From the NCBI RefSeq assembly GCF_000738915.1, contig NW_026515635.1:496001-560000 (forward strand): DNA of 64,000 nucleotides, written 5' to 3'. The position numbers and the translations under genes are program-made. Under the pieces are notes generated by a model. That model saw nothing but the letters and a program-made list of their open reading frames with translations. It did not search any database and was not told where the DNA came from. Source of the DNA: Nematocida ausubeli (Eukaryota). Below are positions 46,665-56,231 of the stretch, piece after piece (position 1 is the first letter of the stretch; each line of letters starts with the position of its first letter).

Positions 46665-48809
46665 CTAATAGTGAAAATCCTGGTTAAAGTATCCCGAACG
46701 CATTCTCTCGTAAATTTGAGCCAAATCAATCATCTCATCATTATAATCAGTGTTGGATATATCCATGGATTCTGCACATTTAGAAAGCGCATAAATAGTA
46801 TAGTTGGTTTTTGCTACCTTGCTTAATTTGGTCTTTAATTCGAATATTCTCGGACTATTGAATTTTCGAATATATTTGTTAATTCGTAAATAAATTTCTT
46901 TTGTTGAGGTAAGATAAATGTCTATCCGTTGTGCCTTATTTTGTGTTGCATAATAAATATACATAAATTTAGTCATTATTTCTTTAGCATCTGAACTCTT
47001 AATAAAACCATCCCTAAATTCCACACATATTCTTCTTGGGTTCTTATCTTCAGAAGATGTAGAAGGCTCTAGGCACCAGTCGTGAATTGTTTGATTTCCT
47101 AAGGATTCTCTTGACATCTGAGAAAATGTTCTTGCTACATAGTCTCGAATTTTATTATCAAATCTTGCTTCTTGGTATTCTTGTATATATTCTCTCATTT
47201 CTTCCATATATTTCTTATAGTCCATTCCTGTAACTTTTATCATTATTATGAGAATATTGAGGATATTAGGATCAATCATGCGTCTATCCTCTATAGTTGT
47301 ATAGCTTATGTCTTTATCTTCTTTCACCAAGTTCTGAATTATTTCACTCCATTTACTCAAAGCCTCTTGTGGTATTTCCTTTCCTACCTGTATAATAGGC
47401 ATACTATTGCTTGGTAGATTGCTTGTAGCTGGGTCACTGCTTATTTCAGATGGATTACTAGAGACACACGTGTGTATAGACGAAATACAAAATAGATTCT
47501 TCACTTCTTCCGGTATGTTTGGAAGATGGTCAACATTGTAGGCATTTGCCATTGGGTCATATACAAAGATGCATAATAGAGTGAGCACCACAGACTCTAT
47601 ATCACTTGGGATTAGCCCTTCTTCTGGAGGTGTGTTTTCTTCAACTGTTGTTTTGGCAGGGAGCTGGCTATTATCCGCGAAGGGAAGCACTTGAAATCTT
47701 TCCTCAGCTTCAATTAGATCTTTAAGCTCTTTAAACATCTCCCAGCACTCAAATGTTTTTAACTCTTTTTTATCGGGTGTAGGAATTTTTCTAAAGAACC
47801 TCCATGCAACATCGAGATAGCCTATTGGTGTGGTATCTAGCTTACTAGCAATCACTTTTTGGATTATTTCGCAGTATAGTTTAATTAAATCTTCTTTAGT
47901 TTCCAGATAGTAGTATATGTAAGATTGTATTAGCCAAGCCGGTGTCGCACTAAACTCATCCCACAATAAACTTTCATCCAAATCTGATTGTAACCACCTT
48001 ATTTTATCTATATCAACTTTTTTGTAGAGTTCTTCGTTAATGAAGTACTTAATAGTCTGCATTGTTTGACTGCCTTTTTTTTTAATACTTAGTTCTTCAT
48101 TGGAGCTACTGCTCTTCTGCTCTTCTGTACTACCAGCAATGTCTATAGGAACACTGAAGGTGTCTTTGTCATTGTTTTTATTAGACCATACAAGCATAGG
48201 GCATTCGCTTTCCTCATCCTCAATTCTCAGTTGCACATCCATTCCCTCTGTTTGTAGAAGAAGTACTGCAAGAATCTTATGAGCATATTCCTTGACATGT
48301 TCACTCTTTAGAAAAGAAGTAAAAGAATCTTTGCATCCTTCTTTAGGATAGATGCTTATTTTTCTATCAGGAGAAGGGAACATGTTAACTAGTGCGTTGT
48401 AGTGCTCTTTAGAGCATGTTGAAAGCCTATCTTCTTCTTTGACGAGCGGATAGATTGAGTCAGGCTTCTTGTCCATTGTCTGCATACAACACATCTCCTT
48501 TCCATCAGAGCTCTGTTCAGGTGAATATGGAGAATTAAATCGCCTGTTGTAAAGAGTATCCATCTTGTCACATAAGAATAGCATAATTGGGTTTAAAGGC
48601 CCATCCATGTTGAGTTCAATGCCATATTTTTCGAATTTTTCTACTAGTTCTTCTAGCACATTATCTGCACATTGTCTGCTCAATAACCCAAAGACATTCT
48701 GCATTGCTAGAAGTGAAACCATAAGAAGCACTTTTGCTAGTAGCTTGATAGATATCTGTCTGTTATTTCTTTTGTATAAACATTCATGTGGTTTCATTTC
48801 CATTTTCAT
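46665..48809 (-). CDS. Large secreted-type protein of the same Nematocida expanded family (NemLGF1-like), probably C-terminally truncated
   Basis: Signal-like LLAKVLLMVSLLAMQNVFG; LVNMFPSP, DSFTSFLKS, YAHKILAVLLLQTEG, WLIQSYI, LTLLCIFVYDP, all shared with 16557..19325. Confidence 0.7.
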   Translation of the reverse strand: MKMEMKPHECLYKRNNRQISIKLLAKVLLMVSLLAMQNVFGLLSRQCADNVLEELVEKFEKYGIELNMDGPLNPIMLFLCDKMDTLYNRRFNSPYSPEQSSDGKEMCCMQTMDKKPDSIYPLVKEEDRLSTCSKEHYNALVNMFPSPDRKISIYPKEGCKDSFTSFLKSEHVKEYAHKILAVLLLQTEGMDVQLRIEDEESECPMLVWSNKNNDKDTFSVPIDIAGSTEEQKSSSSNEELSIKKKGSQTMQTIKYFINEELYKKVDIDKIRWLQSDLDESLLWDEFSATPAWLIQSYIYYYLETKEDLIKLYCEIIQKVIASKLDTTPIGYLDVAWRFFRKIPTPDKKELKTFECWEMFKELKDLIEAEERFQVLPFADNSQLPAKTTVEENTPPEEGLIPSDIESVVLTLLCIFVYDPMANAYNVDHLPNIPEEVKNLFCISSIHTCVSSNPSEISSDPATSNLPSNSMPIIQVGKEIPQEALSKWSEIIQNLVKEDKDISYTTIEDRRMIDPNILNILIIMIKVTGMDYKKYMEEMREYIQEYQEARFDNKIRDYVARTFSQMSRESLGNQTIHDWCLEPSTSSEDKNPRRICVEFRDGFIKSSDAKEIMTKFMYIYYATQNKAQRIDIYLTSTKEIYLRINKYIRKFNSPRIFELKTKLSKVAKTNYTIYALSKCAESMDISNTDYNDEMIDLAQIYERMRSGYFNQDFHY

Positions 48810-49791
48810 ATCTTAGCACTGAAATTCTCAAATATTTTTAGATTTAAGCATTTAAAATAAGATAAATATCAATAATTCTTCATCGCATATCTATATTAAG
48901 TGTTGGCAGATCATTTTATTTCCACAATATTTCTAGTAATTTCTACAAAAGAGAAGTTGGACTATATTGACCGCATTTATGCAGCAAAGTATAATAGAAT
49001 TCAACTATTCTTATATACGTATATATTCGCGCATGTGCTTGTTTTTATTTCTGCCTTAAGAATGCAAAGCCTTTTTTAGTCAGTCATATATTGTGAGTGG
49101 CTCTGTTTTCTTATGCTAAAGTAGATTTGTGGTGAAACTATCACTCCTTTGGGATTTTCTTATTACAACAAAGAGTCCAAATATAAAATGATAGCGATGG
49201 AAGAATATTCACTATTTTGAAATCAGACTCCAACTATAAGTACAGGTGTGATTTTGCAATGAAAGCAATAAAAAAGCAGATACCAAGACAGTTAAGACAA
49301 TTTCAGAAACCAAAGTCCCGGCGATATGCACAGGCCATGAATAAAAGTTCCTCTTTAAACAAGATATTATCTTTATTCGGGTTATTACTTCCAGATTCAA
49401 ACTAGTTTATTTGTTTAATTAGCCCTATTACCTGGGCTTATCAGACTAGCCCAAGAAAAAAGAAATAGTGTACCAATTGCCGTAGCAAAACAACAACTAA
49501 ATAGTCTAGATGTCATACACTTTTTTAATATGCCGGAGTATCACTTCTTTCAGAAGAGCTAGTATTATTCAATCCATATATAGTGTAGATGCTATATCTT
49601 TGCGCTAACACTGCATGCTTTATTTATATACAGAAAACATCCAGAAAAAGACTTTTTTAATAATTTTTCGAAAGAGGAAGTCCTGTTTGTTAAGCTAGCC
49701 AGCTAATTCGCATTCAACTTAAAAGAAGAAATAACTACCCTATTTAAATAATAGGAATATTTAAAAAATATTTTCAGTTATATTCATATAG

Positions 49792-51063
49792 ATGAACATG
49801 ATGAACGCAAGCAAAAACAATAGAGATTCAATACAAATGGCAAGCATTGAAAATATTGAAGAGGCATCCGAGGCTAGAGACAATTTTCCTGCCTTCCCAA
49901 CTATAAAATATGTTACGCTTACATTTAAAAAGGACAAGCTAAAGAATGATACAATGAGATTATATGAAAAAATTAGACCCTATAATCAAGCCAGTGGACT
50001 CACATACACTAAGTTCTATGGCCAGCTGCATACAATGATTTTAAATAATTTAGAAGTCGCATTCGATCCAGCTGTTGACCCATCGCATAGGGAGCTACTT
50101 GAAAACATTATAAGAGCAACACTAGAGAAAAAAATTATAGAAAATAACTTGGCTAGTGGCTTAAATCTATACGCCCTAGAAAAGGTACAAATGACCAACA
50201 AGGATTACATTGACGTATTTAAAGACGCAATTAAGGAATTGGAGCCTTCACGACTAATCATAGATGTAATGCAGTTCTTTAATCTATACTACCAAAACAT
50301 TACCCAGCTGACGCATATAAACCAAAGAAATTACTTGAGGCACATGCACATGACGAATATTCATGCAGCAATGTACACTCCGTGCGTCTATTTAAAGAAA
50401 AAATCCGATCTGGAGGAATTCTGCATGAAAGTGCATTCATATGAGAGGCCCAAGAAAAAGTACAAGCCACACCCAAAGAGTTTTCTGTTTAAAAAACGAG
50501 AAAATGGCGAGTACAATATAGACTATGCACTGAACTTACTTTTTAATAACAAAAATGAAATAGGCAATTACTATAGTGGGCACCCAGTGTACCATCCTTT
50601 CACTCTAAGCGATGAAGACAAAAAACTGCTCGTAACTCTTTTTCAGAACTGGGGCATGGTAGAGAGATTTTTCCGCGATCTCTATGAGTTATTGGATAAA
50701 AAGTCAAGCAAGAAAACCATGAATGAAAAGTTCCTTGTTGGAAAGGTTTTTTCAACCGGGCATATTGCAAGGCCATCCGACTTTAACCCACATGTGTACT
50801 ATCAAAGCGTTGAACAGATGCTAGGAAATACATTAAAGGAAATGAAACATACCACTAAGGAAGAGGCCGCTTATATTAAAGACATGGTACAAGGCTTTAA
50901 TAATTTAATAATGGATACTCCTGTTTTGATGAGAAATAAAACTGCTGTGACGAAGAGAAGCACTAGCAGCCGATTCTCAAGGATTTTCGGGTTCCTTGGA
51001 GGGATAGGAACAATTGTTACGCTTGGTACATTGGCAACTTTTTCTATGTATGAGAATAACTAA
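49792..51063 (+). CDS. Lineage-specific protein with C-terminal TM (tandem paralog 1 of 3)
   Basis: IIRATLEKKII, EYNIDYALNLLFNNK, DKKLLVTLF; C-terminal IFGFLGGIGTIVTLGTLATF. Confidence 0.8.
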   Translation: MNMMNASKNNRDSIQMASIENIEEASEARDNFPAFPTIKYVTLTFKKDKLKNDTMRLYEKIRPYNQASGLTYTKFYGQLHTMILNNLEVAFDPAVDPSHRELLENIIRATLEKKIIENNLASGLNLYALEKVQMTNKDYIDVFKDAIKELEPSRLIIDVMQFFNLYYQNITQLTHINQRNYLRHMHMTNIHAAMYTPCVYLKKKSDLEEFCMKVHSYERPKKKYKPHPKSFLFKKRENGEYNIDYALNLLFNNKNEIGNYYSGHPVYHPFTLSDEDKKLLVTLFQNWGMVERFFRDLYELLDKKSSKKTMNEKFLVGKVFSTGHIARPSDFNPHVYYQSVEQMLGNTLKEMKHTTKEEAAYIKDMVQGFNNLIMDTPVLMRNKTAVTKRSTSSRFSRIFGFLGGIGTIVTLGTLATFSMYENN

Positions 51064-51418
51064 AACTTCTATCATACAAGCACCAATGCAGTTAAATAAA
51101 GATAGCTTATGCATGTCAGCAGATACTTTACAATCCAGTCTATAAACTCTTTAAAGTATAGAATTTCTGTGTATTCTGGTGCATCCAAGAGAAGTAATAC
51201 TCCAGCCTATAGATAATAGTATAAAGAAAAGAAAAATTCTGAATGTGTTCTATTAATACAACTATCCAGAACCTTTGAGACAATAACTAGCTTCCCTTGT
51301 ACTTAGCGTGTCTCACTGCAGGCATGGACTGTACCATTGCATGTTTCTCTTGCAATTTTATAGAAATCTTTTTATCTGAATTTTTATAAATTCTTTTGCA
51401 ACTATTTTCATATCAAAA

Positions 51419-52813
51419 ATGTCGTGGAGAGAAGAGGATAAGTTGGAAATTTTCCGTATTTCTAATACAAAGGCTTTTCTATTGCTGGATGAGCTTTTAC
51501 AAAAAGAAATACCAAATTGCAGTGGAGAAGACAAATTATATTTTAACAAAAGGTCTAACGACTTAGACTTCACCCCAGAAGAATCCATATCTAGTGGTCT
51601 TTCTACTAAAAGAAAAAAGAAGAACAACCAAACTTTTATTCTAGAGGTGTGCAAGCATAAAGTCTACGCTCAAATATACAGAATGGTTGAGTCTCTTGAG
51701 CCAGATAATACTAACTATGCAGACTATACCAATCTCCTTATAATACTGCAAACAGCCGTGCGCAACTCTCTGATCATTAAGATAAGAAAAAAGCATATTC
51801 AAACTTTCCAGAATAAAGTAATTTTTAAAGGAATACTTGTACGCGTGCTTGAGCAGATTATTATAGAGCGAACTAAAATCATAGATAAACATCTGTTCAA
51901 ATTAGAAAACGCAGATTCCTTTAGCCCAGAAAACATTAAAACCACTCTGTGCGATGCAGCTAATGAGCTAATACAGAATAACATTTTAGAAAAGATCCAG
52001 CACGCTATGAATCTCTGGTGCTCCAATCTTAAAGAAGTAAAGACCATTGCATTTTATCCATACATAACATGCTCCTACTATCTATTCTTAGACAAGTGCT
52101 TTACCAATAAAATAATGAATAGAAAGCTCTATGCAGATCTGCTGACGCTCACACACGCATACTATATGCAAGATCTTACAGAGGAGGACATGCAGACCGC
52201 ACACAAAATGAATCTTTTTTCTCTGGAAGGTAACCAAAGCGAGTATAATATAGATGTGGCTATTAATGCTCTATTTAATAACCGTTATGTGGCGATAGAT
52301 ATTCGAAGTAGCGACGTAAAGTCATCATATACTCCACCAATAGATAAAGCCAATAAGATTCTGTTGCTTGCCTTAAAGCATAGATGGCATGAAGTGACGA
52401 ATTTCTATCACAGACTTCATCCTATTATATATTCCCAGGTAGAAGCTCTTTTTATGGAGGGACTTTTCGTAAAAGACAACTGCACTTCACCACACATAGA
52501 AAATAACTATATGCTGTGTGTAGAAAGGTACTATAGGGAGCTAATCAAGAATAGAGAGGCAATTGAGACAAAGTTTGGCCCACAGTATCCTATCTATAGT
52601 GATTATTGCGAGTTTCGAATAAATATCCTTAGAAGTCTTATAGATCTTGAGGCTGGAGTTCAGTCTATAAAGGGATGTGAAGACAAAAATAGTTGGTGCT
52701 TTAAAATGCCAGGTCTTCCAGAAACAAATAAGCCAATTTTTATGCTGGCCTTGGCTCTATTGAGTGGAAGCACTATATTGCAGTGGATCACTGAAACTGC
52801 GTCGCATTCATGA
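51419..52813 (+). CDS. Lineage-specific protein with C-terminal TM (tandem paralog 2 of 3)
   Basis: ILVRVLEQIII, EYNIDVAINALFNNR, NKILLLAL; C-terminal IFMLALALLSGSTILQWI. Confidence 0.8.
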   Translation: MSWREEDKLEIFRISNTKAFLLLDELLQKEIPNCSGEDKLYFNKRSNDLDFTPEESISSGLSTKRKKKNNQTFILEVCKHKVYAQIYRMVESLEPDNTNYADYTNLLIILQTAVRNSLIIKIRKKHIQTFQNKVIFKGILVRVLEQIIIERTKIIDKHLFKLENADSFSPENIKTTLCDAANELIQNNILEKIQHAMNLWCSNLKEVKTIAFYPYITCSYYLFLDKCFTNKIMNRKLYADLLTLTHAYYMQDLTEEDMQTAHKMNLFSLEGNQSEYNIDVAINALFNNRYVAIDIRSSDVKSSYTPPIDKANKILLLALKHRWHEVTNFYHRLHPIIYSQVEALFMEGLFVKDNCTSPHIENNYMLCVERYYRELIKNREAIETKFGPQYPIYSDYCEFRINILRSLIDLEAGVQSIKGCEDKNSWCFKMPGLPETNKPIFMLALALLSGSTILQWITETASHS

Positions 52814-53653
52814 CGTGAGTTTAAATTATTTTTTCACTCTAGTTCTTTTGCTTTTAAGCTTAGAAAATATTGCCTAAAATGCAGAACTCTTTATATTCCT
52901 CCTTAACTGCAGAAGATTAATAAAAAGTCTAATGGTTAACTAAGTATAGACACTTATACATTTTAAAGCCTTTAAAATATCTAGTCCTATTCTATGCATT
53001 TATTCTGGTCTTTCTTTCATATAGACAAAATTTGGTTTATACACATTTTATTGAAGAAACAGAAATATTCTTTTGCATATACTCTAATGAGGCAGCCTAT
53101 GTTAATATTCTACCACAATAAAATTACTCGGGTGTATATCATTCTATAGACACTTTAACTGCACAAAGGCAGTAATTTATATATACAACAAGGTGCAATG
53201 ATTATTATCTTATATTTAACTGGTTTACATATCATAATACATATAGGTCATTTTTCTACTATTTTACAGAAGTTCTTCAGCACGCACTGAAATATTTTTA
53301 TGGCAGCTAATTCTCCTTTGAAGGTTTAGACTTACTTTCTCTATCCTTTATATTTATTATTTTCTTTCTCTATTATATATTTCTCCCAATATTATACTAG
53401 TCTAGGAAAACATTCTTAAACAGCAAGAATTCGGGTTGATATGCAATAAGCTATCCACTCTTACACAGATAAGATCAAAAGCCTAGGACAGAGTAAGTTT
53501 ATGTAGACAAGCAGGGCCTTTCATAATATCGGGTAGTAGCCAATAATTAGAAGGCACTGGTTAACATCCATGTGCACTGATCATCTTGGTAAAAGGTTTT
53601 GCGTTTTAAATGTAAAGAAACCTGACAATAGTAAAAACTTTTTTATACCTGTA

Positions 53654-55123
53654 ATGAATACTCGAAAAACAGGGATTGTTTCGTTAGACCTACACAATGC
53701 CTCTTCTGATAGAACTGATAGTGATGCAAGTTCCCCTAAAAGGCCATCTAGACCATCTAAGCATAAGTCAGGTCCTGTTGCACCTAAAAGGCGCACTATT
53801 AAGTATAAACTTGACAAAACAGCTCTTTTAAGCGAGCTAAATACTTTGTCTATTCTAGTTAATCGGAGCACAAATGTAGAAACTTCTTACTATGAGATGA
53901 TGTTTGGGGTTCTGCACAATTTAATATCAAAGCATGTAACTGTAAACATATCAGGCTCAATAGACAGCGAGAAGGCTGAGGCCCTGCGCACTATATCCCT
54001 GCGCGTTTTGGAGAAAATCATTAAGGGTCGCTATATCAATAAAAACTCGCTGATTTACAGAAAAGGAAAATACACCGCAACCACGGTGAAAATGCTTTTT
54101 GAGGTGCTTGAAAGGTCAGTCACAGAGGTTATTAACTCAAACCTTCTTGCGCAGGCTGAAAAAAGAGTCAATGACTGGTACGATCAGATGCTTGAATATA
54201 ACATTCAGGACTTTGCAGGATACCTTAACTATGCGAGTAGACTTCTAAACGAGATCATGATTCTTGAGGATATTAATGAATACACCATATACAACGACCT
54301 GCGCTGTTTTTCATCTGAAGCAAAGAAAAATCTGAGCGTAAACGATCTGCCTAGTTTCCCACCTCAATCCAGCAGCTATAATAGCCCTTCTGTCTTTAGT
54401 ATGCACAATCTTGACAGAGCAATCCAGATTATCATGCAAAACAGACACATACTTAGGACATACTTTAGCACAAAAGAAAGCGAGAGAAGCAATGTTCTCT
54501 CAAAGAAAGACATTGTTTTGGTTGTGTCTTTCCTGCGCCAGCATCTGCTTGCCTTGAAGTCCATCATGAATGCCCATAATTTGATTGATAAAGACATGAA
54601 ATACGTCGATATAAAAAGACTTACAGATTCTGAAGAAAGAAACGAGAATGCTGTCGTATACAATAACCCAGCCACAGTTAGGTACAGTGACTGCGTAAAT
54701 ACAGCAAACATTAATTATTATGTTAACAACAAGTATTTATCCCCCGACATTATAAAGTACCTTGAAGGAAGGCTATTTGAGTTCAAGCAAATGGTAATTA
54801 ACAATGCAGAATATGCAGGTGAATTCACTTCTTCACCAGCACACCCCAGGCCGTCATCCTCTATTGAAATGGCTTCTTCCTCCTCTTCCTCTGCAAGTTC
54901 TAGTAAATCTGCTTCCCCGGAGCCAAAGGCTTCTGCAGAGGGAGAGGACAAGTCTATTCCCTTGAATTTTTCCACTGAAAAAGCTGTCAAAAAAAAGAGT
55001 ATTATACGCAGAGTTGGAGACACCAAGGGAATGTCTCTCTTTAAGGCCTGCATTGGTCTTACTATTGTTTCTTTGGGTTATATCCAATTGTTTGGATCAG
55101 ACAGTCCTTACCAGAATAACTAA
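53654..55123 (+). CDS. Lineage-specific protein with C-terminal TM (tandem paralog 3 of 3)
   Basis: ISLRVLEKII, MHNLDRAIQIIMQNR, DIVLVVSFL; Ser-rich linker; C-terminal LFKACIGLTIVSLGYIQLF. ATG 53654 follows TTTTTATACCTGTA (track start 53570). Confidence 0.8.
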   Translation: MNTRKTGIVSLDLHNASSDRTDSDASSPKRPSRPSKHKSGPVAPKRRTIKYKLDKTALLSELNTLSILVNRSTNVETSYYEMMFGVLHNLISKHVTVNISGSIDSEKAEALRTISLRVLEKIIKGRYINKNSLIYRKGKYTATTVKMLFEVLERSVTEVINSNLLAQAEKRVNDWYDQMLEYNIQDFAGYLNYASRLLNEIMILEDINEYTIYNDLRCFSSEAKKNLSVNDLPSFPPQSSSYNSPSVFSMHNLDRAIQIIMQNRHILRTYFSTKESERSNVLSKKDIVLVVSFLRQHLLALKSIMNAHNLIDKDMKYVDIKRLTDSEERNENAVVYNNPATVRYSDCVNTANINYYVNNKYLSPDIIKYLEGRLFEFKQMVINNAEYAGEFTSSPAHPRPSSSIEMASSSSSSASSSKSASPEPKASAEGEDKSIPLNFSTEKAVKKKSIIRRVGDTKGMSLFKACIGLTIVSLGYIQLFGSDSPYQNN

Positions 55124-56111
55124 TACAGGATTTACTTAAACATCAGAAATAAACTTTTGAATGTCTATTTTATCTATATATTCAAGTGTCTGCTGCATTT
55201 CTTTTTTTATATTCCTTGCTGTGTACTTCTTTTTTTCTCTCTTTATTTTTAGAAAATTAAACTGTTCATATACATTACTACAATGTGTATGGCTTTAAAA
55301 CATTAAAATGCAGAATATAAAAAACAAAGTGCAGATATCAGAAAAAAAGAAGGAAAATATTCAAGCCAGTAGGATATAACCCAAAAACACAAGGAAACAC
55401 TCTTCCCCAAGTAATTTAGTCTAACTTCTAATAAACACATATTTATTGAAATTACTTCATCAGCATAAATATGTTAATATGCCATAGCCAGAGGATGCAT
55501 AAAAGCAATTCGAATTATATTCAACCAGAAAAATACTTCACCAGAAAACCCACTAGAACATGCATACCATAAATTAATTAGAGACACAACTGTATTAATA
55601 AGCATTCTCTTATTTATGAAGTCAGATACTTTTCCCTGTATTCTAGCCAAACAAGAACTGCACCCATATACAAATAATTATTTGTCCTCTTTCGTGCATA
55701 TTTTTATGCTTTAATATATGTAAAGACCTTAATATTCTCCCACATGCACAGGCTGCAGTAGAGTGGATACTAGCAGAAGTAAAATATGCAAGAAACCATG
55801 CGCACTAAAGAAACCAAATAAACCATGATCTACCCTTTAGTACACATATAATTCTGAAAATAACAGGGAAAAGAGCCATTCCAGCAAGCCAACTAGTTTC
55901 TCTCCTGAATATACTCCTTCCAAATATCACATTAAAAACACAACTGCATCGATACGTGCAGAAACACCAAACGAAGCAAACACATGGATGCACTGCAGAC
56001 AGATACTTGGATTCACGTATACATACAATAAAGACCCACACCTAACAGCAGCCTTTCTCTGCTTTTTGTTTATTAAATACACGACTGCATGTAATTTTTG
56101 TTTATTATAGA

Positions 56112-56225
56112 GCTCCCGTAGCTCAGTGGTAGAGCACGGCACTTATGGGTGGGAGCCTCCTGTGTTTGAAGGCTGTAACAAGCTGAGCTATGCCGGGGTC
56201 GTGGGTTCGATCCCCATCGGGAGCA
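56112..56225 (+). tRNA. tRNA-Ile(TAT) with 42-nt intron (56148-56189)
   Basis: Acceptor stem GCTCCCG/CGGGAGC, D arm GCTCAGTGGTAGAGC, anticodon stem CGGCA/TGCCG with CT-TAT-G|intron|A, T arm GTGGG-TTCGATC-CCCAT; TTTTT terminator at 56226-56230. Confidence 0.92.
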
Positions 56226-56231
56226 TTTTTA

